NCBI GenBank assembly: GCA_002189035.1
Contig: CM007989.1
Coordinates: 2,480,001 to 2,544,000, forward strand
DNA length: 64,000 bases
Source: Utricularia gibba
Taxonomy: Eukaryota > Plantae > Magnoliophyta
Direction of reading: 5' to 3'
Part shown: positions 39,870 to 52,299 of the stretch, in pieces
How the letters are laid out: each line of letters opens with the position of its first letter
Position numbering within the stretch: the first letter of the stretch is position 1
Position numbers and translations under genes: made by a program
Notes under the pieces: generated by a model
What the model saw: only the letters and a program-made list of their open reading frames with translations
What the model was told of the DNA's origin: nothing
Databases searched by the model: none

Positions 39870-40220
39870 TTCATTCTCATGGTTTTGCTGCGAAGATGAC
39901 GATCAGGATCAAGCAAGCCCCCATACGCGATTCAGCATAAAAGAAGGGGGCTTCAGGAGCCATGAAGATTGAAAGGAGGATTTACAAGCACAATTTTAGC
40001 CCCACGTAAAGCGTTCTCTTCAGCGTACGGTTTTACACCACCTCGAAGTTCGGGAAAAAATTAGTTAATATTAAAATTTTATGTAAGAATATGATTTTAA
40101 TATTAAAATAATGAAAAAAGTTCGTACGACTGTCGGAAATATCCTATCACAAGTAGGTGAAAGTAAATTTTATATTATTTTTTAATCTTGAATTAGCTGA
40201 TTTTGTAGTGATATTTTTAG

Positions 40221-40311
40221 CTTCTAGAGACTTCGAATGGGTTGCCAACATTTCGTCAATGGACCAACGCTAACGAAGGATCTAGAAACCCTACTCTGGT
40301 TTCTATATAAA
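40221..40311 (+). promoter_or_regulatory. Heat-shock-element-like motifs and TATA box of HSP90
   Basis: cTTCtaGAGacTTCg at 40221-40235, cGAAggATCtaGAAa at 40274-40288 and TATATAAA at 40304-40311. Confidence 0.6.
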
Positions 40312-40415
40312 AGTTCCTTGCTCGTCGTGGCCGTGTATCCTGCGCTGCTCCGTCTGTTCTGTAGATCCGTCTTTCGAGCGTTCCAAGAAGCGTTATACTG
40401 GTTCAAGCGGTGGCT

Positions 40416-42911
40416 ATGGCGGATACCGAGACGTTTGCCTTTCAGGCTGAGATTAACCAGCTTCTGAGTCTCATCATCAACACTTTCTACAGTAACAAGG
40501 AGATATTTCTCCGTGAATTAATCAGCAACTCGTCCGACGTACGCCTCTTCGTCTTCTTCTTTTGTGTTAATTTTGGTGCAGTTCTGACTGATGCTTGTGA
40601 CTTGCTACTTGGTTCTCCGCTATTATGAAGGAATATGAACTGAAATATAGATTTTTATGCGGCTGATTTACTCTCCCTTGCTGTTGAATTATGATTTCCA
40701 GTAGGCTTTGGCGACCTGATGATTATTGCATAATTTTGTGTTACATTTTTTGTGTGCTATATGTTTTGAGGACGGATCTGTCCATTGCAAGTATAGTTTG
40801 TGCTTTTACATAAGCCTAATTTTGTGTTTCATTTGAATGTTGCAGGCTTTGGACAAAATTCGTTTTGAGAGTTTGACTGATAAGAGCAAGCTGGATGGGC
40901 AGCCGGAGCTCTTTATTCATCTTATACCAGATAAGACAAATAATACGCTTTCAATCGTTGACAGTGGCATTGGAATGACTAAGGCTGGTGAGTCGCAATG
41001 GCCTTTTTTTGCATACGCTGCATCGTATATCTTTAATGATGATGTAATTTGTTTTCCTTTCTGTTGTTTACAGATCTGGTGAACAATCTTGGCACAATTG
41101 CAAGGTCTGGGACCAAGGAGTTTATGGAAGCCCTGTCCGCGGGTGCCGATGTAAGCATGATTGGACAGTTCGGAGTTGGTTTCTACTCTGCTTACCTGGT
41201 TGCAGAGAAGGTTATTGTGACCACAAAGCATAACGATGATGAACAATATGTTTGGGAGTCTCAAGCCGGTGGTTCATTCACTGTCACCAGAGACACCTCT
41301 GGCGAGAATCTTGGAAGGGGAACAAAGATCACACTCCATCTGAAGGAGGACCAGCTTGAGTATCTTGAGGAGCGCCGGCTGAAGGATCTTGTCAAGAAGC
41401 ATTCAGAGTTCATCAGTTACCCGATTTCTCTATGGGTGGAGAAGACTACTGAGAAGGAAATTTCTGATGATGAGGATGAGGATGAAAAGAAAGAAGACGA
41501 AGAAGGGAAAATTGAGGAAGTAGATGAAGAAAAGGAAAAGGCTGAGAAGAAAAAGAAAAAGATCAAAGAAGTTTCTCATGAGTGGAACTTGGTGAACAAG
41601 CAGAAGCCTATTTGGATGAGGAAACCGGAGGAGATAACCAAGGATGAGTATGCCGCTTTCTACAAAAGCCTCACGAATGACTGGGAAGAGCACTTGGCTG
41701 TCAAGCATTTTTCAGTTGAAGGGCAGCTCGAGTTCAAGGCCATTCTCTTCGTGCCCAAGAGAGCTCCATTTGATCTTTTTGATACAAGGAAGAAGCCCAA
41801 CAACATCAAGCTCTATGTTCGTCGTGTATTCATCATGGACAACTGCGAGGAGTTGATGCCTGAGTACCTGGGATTCGTCAAGGGTATTGTTGATTCAGAG
41901 GACTTACCGCTTAACATCTCTCGTGAGATGCTGCAGCAGAACAAAATTCTGAAAGTCATCCGGAAGAATCTGGTGAAGAAGTGCATCGAGCTCTTCTTCG
42001 AGATAGCCGAGAACAAGGAGGATTACAACAAGTTTTATGAAGCCTTTTCCAAGAACCTCAAATTGGGTATTCATGAAGATAGCCAGAACAAGACGAAGTT
42101 CGCTGAGCTTCTGAGGTATCATTCCACAAAGAGTGGCGATGAGATGACCAGCTTAAAGGACTACGTTACAAGGATGAAGGATGGTCAGAACGACATCTTC
42201 TACATCACTGGCGAGAGCAAGAAAGCCGTTGAGAACTCTCCCTTCCTTGAGAAGCTAAAGAAAAAGGGCTATGAAGTTCTCTTCATGGTTGATGCCATCG
42301 ACGAGTACGCAGTTGGACAGCTGAAAGAATTCGAAGGCAAAAAGCTTGTTTCCGCCACCAAGGAGGGTCTGAAACTCGACGAGAGTGATGACGAGAAGAA
42401 GAAAAAGGAGGATCTGAAGCAAAAGTTTGAGGGTCTGTGTAAGGTCATCAAGGATGTTCTCGGAGACAAGGTGGAGAAGGTCGTCGTTTCCGACCGTGTC
42501 GTCGACTCTCCTTGCTGTCTGGTTACCGGAGAGTACGGATGGACTGCCAACATGGAGAGGATCATGAAGGCCCAAGCTCTCAGAGATTCAAGCATGGCCG
42601 GTTACATGTCTAGCAAGAAAACGATGGAGATCAATCCCGAGAACCCCATCATGGAGGAGCTGAGGAAGAGAGCCGACGCCGACAAGAACGACAAATCCGT
42701 CAAGGATTTGGTCCTCCTGCTCTTCGAAACCGCCTTGCTCACATCAGGCTTCAGTCTTGACGACCCCAACACTTTCGGCAACAGGATTCACAGGATGTTG
42801 AAGCTCGGGCTCAGCATCGACGATGACGTCGGAGAAGCTGATGGTGATGCCGATATGCCACCTCTGGAGGATGTGGACGCCGAGGGCAGCAAGATGGAGG
42901 AGGTTGATTAA
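40416..42911 (+). CDS. HSP90: Cytosolic heat shock protein 90 (HSP81/HSP90-2 type)
   Basis: Exons 40416-40538, 40846-40987, 41074-42911 give [29 protein letters not shown] and the C-terminus MEEVD. Confidence 0.98.
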
Positions 42912-43765
42912 ATATCTCATCTCTTTTTGCGTTTTCTGCCCCCCGTCACTGCCACCCCTTCCTCCTCCTCCTAGTGCTATGATTTTGAATTAGTGCTGTT
43001 ATTTTGGATCTTGCCTTTTGAGCTCAGTGCTGTGGTACTTACTGCTAGTGTAAGGATCACTGGTTTTTTATATTTTAGATCTCTGCAACCCCTTGTGGAA
43101 ACATCACGGAGAATAATCCATTCTTCCCGTCCTGCTTTTTGCTTCCTCGAACGTCGGACACTAGCATTACATACTTGGCATGAAGCCAGTTTCGTGTGAC
43201 AAAGCTCATGACAACCACCATTTGCCATTCTAACGGCAAAACAGTGATGGTAAAAGAAACTGCAGACAGACATGAAAAGTTGCATGTGCACAACCAGAAA
43301 GCATATGCTTACACTCCACTTTATCGCCAATGGGAGCATTTGGATGGAGCGCTGGGAGGAAACCAAGAATTCCACTTTATCATACACAAAGGGAAGATAC
43401 CGATGTACAAAATGTGGGAGTTGTTTGCTAGGACAAAAGGCCTACCCAAAAACTATAAATGGACATTCCCCTTCGACTGTATCCACATTTAGAATGCATC
43501 ACAACTGTTGTCAAGACATCTTTGGTCAAGTAGCATGAAAAGTTAGAGGTGAATCTTACTGTTGGTTAACATCTCATGTCAACTTCTGAAAAAGTGGCTC
43601 ATTAGTGACTAAACACCAGGGCTGTAGTATAAATCTAGTGAAACCTACATCTAAAATCTACCAGTGTATTAACAATCTCACTATGTTTACTATTTATAAT
43701 TGGACTACTCTAACTTCTAAGTTTCTCATTGACCTCTGCCTCCTACTCATGCTGGGAAACTCTCA

Positions 43766-45102
43766 TCAATCATCATAAGCACCCTTGCGCTCTTCATCCT
43801 TCAGAAAACTAAGGAACAAAAGGAACATGAAGAGAAAGAATCCACCGTACCAGCCACCTCCACCTCCACCACCACCACCACCACCTCCGTCATCACGTGG
43901 AGGAAATCCTCTCCCAGAATCATCCAGCTCCGGAGACCTTTCATTACCTGGAAGAAGTTTTAGTTAACTGTGTCAACTGCTACGAACATTTTCTATCCAA
44001 GATTCATAAAAAACTCGCACATCTGTGCAAGATAACAATGTAGCAACAGCAATAGAACAAGTTCAGGCTTCAAGGGAATTCAGAAAGAATTCATGCTGAA
44101 ACCCATCCACAGGTATCTTGAATCCAAGGGAGGCAGACCTTAACATACACAGTTTCTTTTCATACCATTATATTTTTTACAAGGATGAAATAGAGAAGTT
44201 TGTTTTACCCCGAACAGGTGCGATGGTTATGGTTGATGATTCCCGTGTTAGAGTTTGCGTCTGCTCTGCAGCACATCTAACCGTCTGCAGTTGAAAAAAT
44301 AAACATGAGGACACAAGAGAATCCCAGGCTGATTCGGAGTCAAGGTACTCTCCATCTCGGAGAGGAACTAGAAAAAAGATATAAGATGAAGAAACCAAAT
44401 CCTCCTTCCAGCTTGAGGATAAAACAGAACTCAACTTAAAAGAGCAGTAGTGAATTTGCGATTTGTAATAAAAATTACCAGAGCAGCAGTGCACATTATA
44501 GCAGAATGCATTGGTCTATAGCCACCTTTGATGCTGTTTCTTATTTCTGGTTGGTGCAACTGCAATCCTGATTGTTTGATAGGAACTGTCCGAAACGAAA
44601 CTTTATTCTTAAACCTTGAAAACTGTCTTTCTGAATGAACTGCCAAGAGATAAAAACAAGAGGAAATAAGTTTAAATTTAGACTGAAACCACTTGGTGAT
44701 CTAAATTATGCAGGCTTCTAGCTTTATGCTCTTGCCCATGTTAAATAGAATAAAGTCCAAGGATGCAACAGTACATACATAAATGAAGAATATCTGTCCA
44801 AGGATTTTCATGACTGGTATCATAATAATTTCCTGAAAAATTCAACGGAGCCACACTTGAGACAGAAATAAACAACATGCTGGAAACATGAACCCTATAT
44901 CGCATCAATGCATGATGATTTTATGAACACTAACAACAGTTTAAAGATGGTTCAGCCTAGCCGCCGTTAAAACTAAGTATTCACTCAAGGAAGGACCATC
45001 TAGAAACCTCGCCATAGAATGTGGTAAATAAATGAAGTGACCCAACATCGCACCTATAGGTAGGGAAATAACTGGACGTGCAATAATGGCAGTCAGAAAC
45101 AT
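43766..45102 (-). CDS. Small plastid-type Gly-rich membrane protein, YELLOW LEAF 1-like
   Basis: Exons 45102-45054, 44639-44479, 44284-44209, 43947-43766 splice in frame to ...MCTAALTVRCAAEQTQTLTRESSTITIAPVRGNERSPELDDSGRGFPPRDDGGGGGGGGGGGWYGGFFLFMFLLFLSFLKDEE. The start codon could be the upstream ATG at 45144. Confidence 0.7.
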
Positions 45103-46257
45103 CTTCAAGCTACCCGACAACAAACTGTAACGATGCAACAACATGAATCAAGAAGGAAGGATGATTTTCCGACGACGCAACAAGATTTTTTAGCAAAACG
45201 CAAAGCGAAACTTCTCTAACAAAACCACCCATATTCCATATCAAACAAAAAATAAAGAGGGCTATCATAAAAATAGAATCTTCCTAGCAAACATCGATAA
45301 AAGAGATTGTTGAAAAGGAATTTCTTCTTTCTGACGAATTCTCTTGCATGGACTGCAGGCAACCCTATCGCGCAAACAGAACCAAAGATTCCTTTGAAAT
45401 TCATATTAAGAAACCCAACAACCCCAATATGAGAAGCAGAATTTCGCTACGCCAAACTGATACGCATGAACAATGCGAAATAATATAGAGAATTCATTTC
45501 ACGTAGGAAAATGAAAACAAACACAATACCAAAAAATTTACGTCGAGGAGGATGCTTCCCTTTCACAGGGTGGAGGAACGAGAACTTCAAAGAATCAGAG
45601 ATCAAATACCTTCTGCCACCGCAAATTGGTTATTCCCCTGCTCCAAGGGAATACTACTAATTGGTTCTAATTTTGGAAAGAATGAGATGGTGTAACAAAT
45701 TAATCTTTCCTTAAACTGGCTTTTAAATAATGTTTTTATATTTCGAAAATTTAAATAATATTGGAAATATAATTGATAGACATTTTTTCTCAATATAAAT
45801 TAAAATTATTGTCATCCTTATTGGGCATTTTACTGGGCCATGAGAAAATATGGATCATGATGTCAAGGGCCTTGACCAATAGGCCCAATGGAAAAAACGG
45901 CCATCAGACTTGGGACTGATCAAATCAACACCAACGCGATTTTGACTAAGATTTGCAGCGGCGTCTAGAATTTTCCGTTCATCCACACCGTCGTCCTAAG
46001 GATCTCCGCTGCGGCTACTCTTCTCGATAATAGGTCAAGTCTCGTCCATCCGGCTCTTCTGTAAGAATATGAAGATTTTGATTTTTTGAACCCTATTGTT
46101 TGGCAAATCAAACGGATGTGATGTTTATACATACGCGCGGATTGTTTGATGGTCAAGAATTCACTTTCTTGAATTGTGTTTGATGATCATTGAATTAGCC
46201 ATTAATTGGCTGTGGCTCTTTTTTTTTTTTTCTGAAACAGAATTTTTGTCTTCTGCA

Positions 46258-47711
46258 ATGGCGGCGCCTAACAGATCAAGGTTTTTTCTTGAATTGGTGT
46301 TGCAAGTTTATGGTATTTTGTTTTTGAGGGGTTTATTTACTCTGTTTTTCGTCACGCTGTGGATGAACTTATCAGAGGAGGGTTAAGCACGAGGCCCGCA
46401 GCATATGGCGGTAGTTCTAGTTCTAATGAGATTCAGTTGCGGATTGATCCAATGCATTCAGATCTCGATGAGGAGGTGACGGGCCTTTACAAACAAGTTA
46501 GAAAGCTCCGAGATGTGAGTAGTTTCTCTATTTGTCGTAGTGTTTGTTTATGACTGGAACCATGTGCAATAGACGTTTTTTTAATAAGGTTAGAATCAAA
46601 ACCTGATCTTTCTGCATTTGAAAAAATATACGACCTTTTGAACTGGTTTTTTTGTGATTTACGCATATCTTACAAGTCATTAAGAATCTTTCGATTTGTT
46701 AATGATATGCATTTTCCATCCCAAGATATAAAAATGGAGTGTTTGAACTTCTCTAACATTGGCTTACTGCATATTTCGTGCAAATAAGTTGAATACTAGA
46801 GACGGAAAATGTACAGTAAAACCGTGTCCCCCTTGCTATGAATGCAGGAGGCTAGCCTGTTGTTAAAACAAACTTAGGCTGTGTCGTTCATGACCCCAGA
46901 TCAAAGAAATTTTTTATGTTCTCTTATGCATGTTAATGTGTTCTGGCATGCTATTTTCCTATTTCCTTCCAGCCTCATGTTTACGCAATTTTTCCTGCAA
47001 ATATTCTTATTTTAATATCTGTATGTATCTCTTATTTTACTCTGGGACCATGTGGTTTGATGTGCTAGCAATTGAACAAACACTTCGTTAAGTTCATTCA
47101 TACTCTTGTTGCCATAGAATGTGTACCTGGCACTTGAACTTACTCAACGTCGTGTTTTTATGTGAAAACTTTCCTTCTGAAAATATCCTTGCGCTGATTT
47201 TATCAGTGTATCTCAATGTAGTATTGAGTTTTTATGTTCGTTTTTTAGCTGTCACAGTTGCAGGAGTAAAGGTGAACCAAGTACTGGTAGCCCTTGGGGC
47301 AGTAACTCTAATTTTGAACCTGCATGTTGTGCATGCTCTGTGAGTTTCAGATCATCAGCATCTAGATTCATTAACGTCTCTCTAAACACGCTGCAGGTAG
47401 CTCAAGAAATAGGGGTAGAGGCAAAGTTCCAAAACGATTTCCTAAGTCAGCTGGTATGCAATAAACCCCTCCCTTCTGTATCCAAACAGCATTCATCAAT
47501 TCCCATCTATTCGTTTCTCTGAAGCACCCCTTCTTGCTTGAAACAGCAATTGACACTAATAAAGGCTCAGGCTGGAGTAAAGAACAACATGCGGAGACTC
47601 GGGTTGAGTGATATCAAAAGCGGATCAAGCCATGTCATGCATGTGGTTCTGTTTGGGCTTCTACTCTTTTTTGGTGTCTATTTTTTGTCCAAGATCTTCA
47701 GAAGAGGATGA
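46258..47711 (+). CDS. Bet1-like / SFT1-type Qc-SNARE
   Basis: Exons 46258-46280, 46376-46514, 47397-47453, 47547-47711 give EIQLRIDPMHSDLDEEVTGL, VAQEIGVEAKFQNDFL, LIKAQAGVKNNMRRL and a C-terminal TM. Confidence 0.9.
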
Positions 47712-48516
47712 AACAAGATCATCTCTGGGGGTTATGGCTGCGTGCCCTTGTGAAGAATGGTGGAGTATGTGGTACCGTTTAGATACAGAAAGACTCACTC
47801 GACATGGACAATGCTATCAAGGAGAAGCATGTCTTCTTCACCTTGATGAATGTGCGCCAAGCACATTGTACACATGGTGTCTATAACATTAGGAGTGTGA
47901 AGGCAATACCTAATTGATGCTGAATTGATACGGTTTATCAGCTACAGAATTATAAAACTTAATCTGCAAATCCTAAGAATGATGGCTGGGATTCTTTGCA
48001 TTTGCCTCAGACGCTGAAAAAGTGTTTAAACCTCGCTTCTCATGACTACAGAAATCGGTATGAATTCGGTATGATCATCTGGGTGTTGCGTTCGGCGTTC
48101 GCAACGTGAAACTGCAGAAATTGAGATCGTTTTTAAGTTGAAGTTTGTTTCTTTTGCGCTGCAGTATCTTGTACGTGAAACAGGTGAGAAGATTGTTTAC
48201 TTTTTGTCCGTGTTGAATGTATGTACGTTGGTTTGTCTATTAAGTGTTCGAATAAATGTCTCAGAGGTATTCTCTTCGCATTTTACGAGTTGTATATCAA
48301 CATAGCTCCGACGTTTCCTTCTTTGTGCATTTCAGTATTCGCTCTCATCAAGTTTTCATCTGGGGATCTGAATTTCAGCCACTTTAGCTGTTGACTCATT
48401 TTATTGCTTTACAAGTGTTAATGATTTTACTGCTGTTGTATTGTTTCAAATGTTGAGGTGGGCACCGTTTTTTTTTTTTTTTCTCTGCAAGGGAAGTTTA
48501 AGGAACAAACGTAGGC

Positions 48517-49770
48517 ATGATACCTGGCTTTCAACCGAAATGCCAGGAACTTGGGTTGTTGTGTGTGAAGGGTTCATATGTCGTGAGACATAGAGGCCGT
48601 TCTTTGTGGTCAATGAAGAAGGAACCGGATCTTGAGATAGCTTTGTCTAGAAACCACAGATGGATTTTAAATAATCAGATTAAAAACATAATTTTGAGGT
48701 GTCCGGATCAAGTTGCTTTGGTCGAATTCCTCCAGAAGAAACTCAAGAGCCTCGGTGTACAGGGGAAGGCGCTTAATTGGCTAAAGAAATACCCTTGCTG
48801 TTTTGAAGTGTTCCAGGAAAACGATCAGTTTATGTGTGGATTAACAAAGCAAATGAAGTTTCTGGTTGAGGAGGAAGAATCAGTCAAAGATCAGCAGGAG
48901 CCAGTTTTTGCAGAACGACTGGCCAAGCTGTTGATGATGAGCAAAAACAGGAGGCTAAATGCTCTCAAAATCAATGAATTGAAGAGAAACTTTGGATTTC
49001 CTGATGACTATCTGCTAAGAATCGTGCCCAAATACTCGGACATGTTTCGTATCATTAACTACACAGGGAGAAGAAGTTCAATGGAGATTGAACTTACTTA
49101 TTGGAACCCAGATTTTGCCATATCAGCAGTTGAAAAATCATCAGCAAAGAATGGATGTCAACCTTGTTTCTCATGCTCACTGCCACCAACTTGGGTGAAA
49201 TCATGGGAGAAATTTCGAGACTTCAATTCTTCTAAATATATTTCTCCTTATACTGATATTGGGTCGCTGGTTGATGGATCAGTTGAAATGGAAAAAAGAA
49301 CAGTAGCTCTGGTACATGAACTACTCTCATTGACTTTGTGGAAGAAGGTCTCAATTTCCAAATTATGTCACTTTAGAAGAGAGTTCTGCTTCCCGCACAA
49401 TCTGAATGTTCTGCTGCTCAAACATCCCGGAATTTTCTATGTATCAAACAAGTATCAGATGTACACCGTTCTTCTTCGTGAAGGATACAATGGTTCGGAG
49501 TTGATTGAGAAGGACCCACTTGTTGTTGTGAAAGACAAGTATGGGGAACTGATGCAGCAGGGGCTTCATGAATACAACCGCAGGCATTATCTGATGAACT
49601 TGGAAAAGAAGAAGGCGAAGAAGGAAATGACTGTAACAACCCCCATACTGAAAGGAAACCACATCGACACTCAAGCGCAACATGATCAAGGAGGTGATTT
49701 GGGTGGCATATTTGATCCTGAAGAGAGGAAGCGGTTTTACAAACTTCTTTTTGGTGATGACTCTAAATGA
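48517..49770 (+). CDS. Plant organelle RNA recognition (PORR/DUF860) protein, RPD1/WTF-like
   Basis: 417-aa single-exon ORF with LKKYPCCFEVF, ERLAKLLMMS, FGFPDDYL, EKRTVALVHELLSLTL, LLLKHPGIFYVS and TVLLREGY. Confidence 0.92.
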   Translation: MIPGFQPKCQELGLLCVKGSYVVRHRGRSLWSMKKEPDLEIALSRNHRWILNNQIKNIILRCPDQVALVEFLQKKLKSLGVQGKALNWLKKYPCCFEVFQENDQFMCGLTKQMKFLVEEEESVKDQQEPVFAERLAKLLMMSKNRRLNALKINELKRNFGFPDDYLLRIVPKYSDMFRIINYTGRRSSMEIELTYWNPDFAISAVEKSSAKNGCQPCFSCSLPPTWVKSWEKFRDFNSSKYISPYTDIGSLVDGSVEMEKRTVALVHELLSLTLWKKVSISKLCHFRREFCFPHNLNVLLLKHPGIFYVSNKYQMYTVLLREGYNGSELIEKDPLVVVKDKYGELMQQGLHEYNRRHYLMNLEKKKAKKEMTVTTPILKGNHIDTQAQHDQGGDLGGIFDPEERKRFYKLLFGDDSK

Positions 49771-49869
49771 ATTTCTAGTCATTAATCTGAAATGATAAGG
49801 GGAAAGCAAACGGTAGCCAACTGAATCAGTGAGCATCCTCTTGTTTATATTACAATGGCTAGTCTAATC

Positions 49870-51684
49870 TCAAAGTATACTTGAATCGTCTTCTGCCAGA
49901 GGCATCTCTTCATCTTCATTGGTTTTGGCTTTCATAGTAGGCAAGGTTTGGCCTGGATCATTGGCACTTTCCTCCAGATTCTTTAGATTGAGCGAAGTGT
50001 ATACTGACATCCCAAAGAGAGCAATGACAGCACCACCGATGCTCAAAAACCCCGGATCAGACGCGAAAAGGAAGTATCCTCCTAGCAGGATCACACATGT
50101 CTTAAATTGTCCTAGAACCACATGGGATGTAGCAGAAGTAGCCCTGCACCAGTAGAGATCAAGGGTTAAATTTTGCATTGTGCGTGCGTGTAGCTTGTAG
50201 AGGATGGAGTTCCATACCCCAGTGCTAAGGCTCCGGACCACTGCAAGAGAAAACCAAGTAGAGCCGAGATGAAGATAGCTGAGATATTTGTTAAATCCCA
50301 CTTGAATGTCAGAACTCCGGGGGGATCTAACCAAGGCATGAGGGCTAACAAAAAGAAGATTGTGATGGGAGTAGTCTTCCACATCAACCTGCATTGGCAA
50401 ACACTAATGCTTCATGATACAATGGTATCAGCAATAGGAGGAATGTATTGATTAATGCTTCCTGACTCACGCAAGGGCTGTCCAGTTTCCTTTCTGCTGC
50501 AGGTTAGACCACAATATTTTGTTTACAGCACTTGGAATTATCCATAGCACAGCTATGCAAGCCCCATATGTGTTGAATTCTAAGTCGGTAACAGTTGCAA
50601 TGGCCACACCAACTGAAACTACAACCAGAGTGACAACCTGCGACCATCATAATGAAGTCACTATATGCACACAAATGTGTGAATCTGTGAATTCAATGGA
50701 GATAGGATTCTGTCACCTTGCTGAAAGATGTCTTCTTTCGGAAAAGCAAAAACTCGGCCATGACGATGGTCGGGGTGACAGCAATTTTGGCCATCTGGTA
50801 AAAACCAACGCTGTATTTGAAGAGCAATGCGAGAAGTTGGATTGAGTTTTCACAAAAAAGGAGATGATTACAGAACAAAAGAGGTTAGAGTCTGGAGATA
50901 TATGTACCTGTTGTGCTTTAAGCTGGTGTTTGCAAGTCCGGAAGAGAAAGACATCACCACACCTAAAGCAAAGAGCGACGAATAGGGAGTGGATACGGAT
51001 GGAGGAGATATGGGGAGCATGGAGCACCACTTGAGAATGGCCAGTAGAAACCAAGCTGTTACGTAGTGGATCAGCGTGAGAAATATTGGGTAATTGAAGC
51101 CTACTTTCCCCATCACCTGTTGTTTCACCGCCAAGATCAGATGAAGAACAGGAACTTACTCAAGGAACATTGGAAACCACATACCAGTTTGTTCCCAAGA
51201 ATGATTCCTACAGAAACCATAAAATTGAATGCCATGGCCATGGCTGGTCCACAGTACTGCTGCTGTAAGCGCCTGGCTCCATCCGACGTCCGCAAGTCGT
51301 TATAGAGAGACCCTCTGAGATCCTCCAAAGCACGGGCTGCAGAAAATACAGTGAACCTGATTCAAAGAGGGTACTCCACATTCATTTAAACGAGGCAAGA
51401 AGAACAATTCTCATTCATATTCCAACCCAGTTACGACATTTCTTACCTTTCAGGTGATCAAACCAGAACAAAATCATTCATATCTACAAAGATGAACTTT
51501 TGCAGGATCTCAAGATGAAAATTCAAATGACCATTCAACAGTCTCAGAAGCTGTAATTCATTCTAGTGATGATACCTCAGGGGCCATGTGAAACAGAATT
51601 ACTACCTGTTTCGCTTGCATCACTGTCTTTTCTCTTTATAAAACTCCTGCCATCTTTTCCATGTATGAAAAGCGAAATCCCCAT
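49870..51684 (-). CDS. Nucleotide-sugar transporter (TPT/DMT family)
   Basis: Exon 1 (51684-51606) gives KRKDSDASET. Later exons give FNFMVSVGIILGNKL, GFNYPIFLTLIHY, SVGFYQMAKIAVTPTIV and TSHVVLGQFKTCVILLGG. Confidence 0.92.
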
Positions 51685-52299
51685 GAGAAATTCCTGTTTG
51701 GAGAGCAATGAAATAAGCAGCAGTGTATTCCTCTAGATTCCAGCGGTATCATACATGGTCGAAACCTACCTGAGGTGAAACACTAATCGAATTTAAAGGG
51801 TCGATCACATGACCCTCAAATGTGATAAACCTGAAGGCTATGATGCAAATGTGTAAGAGTGAATCCAAATCCGAAGGAGGTGAAAAACCCAAACAAACCT
51901 AAATATTTTGTGAACCCAAATATCTCCAAGTTTGTTGGTCATGGCTCTTTCGGTTAGAGTTCAAAGATTCAGAGCACTTTTCATGCACATATTTACGTTT
52001 ATTTGCGCTCTTGCTGTTGGTGGTATCGTCTCATTTAAAAATAAATAAACCATCTTTACCAATAAACCAAAGTGCGGTTGAGCCAAGGAAAATAAACAAG
52101 AAAAACTTGATATTTGTTGTGCACAAACCAGGCGGTGGTCCTTACAGGCAATAAAAGACAACCACAACGACACATGTTTGGGTGACAGGGTGATGCGGGC
52201 AACTATACTCCATTCCCTCATTAAAACAACGGCATGTGGCACATCGAGATCAATTTCAACAACAAATGGAGCATTTGTATTCATGAACAAGCCTCTGAA

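Noticed and set aside
41430-42595. Several minus-strand ORFs of 67-108 aa inside HSP90
   Set aside because: They are antisense shadows of a codon-biased exon with no independent motif. The same applies to overlapping ORFs in the Dof, DUF868, PORR and 15687 genes.
43196-43538. ORFs between HSP90 and the YL1-like gene
   Set aside because: No domain signal; most likely 3' UTR sequence of the convergent genes.
48450-48516. Upstream ATG before a T15 run that might extend the PORR N-terminus
   Set aside because: It is out of frame, and the PORR frame has a TAA at 48499 downstream of the T run, so a slip in the run would not join them.
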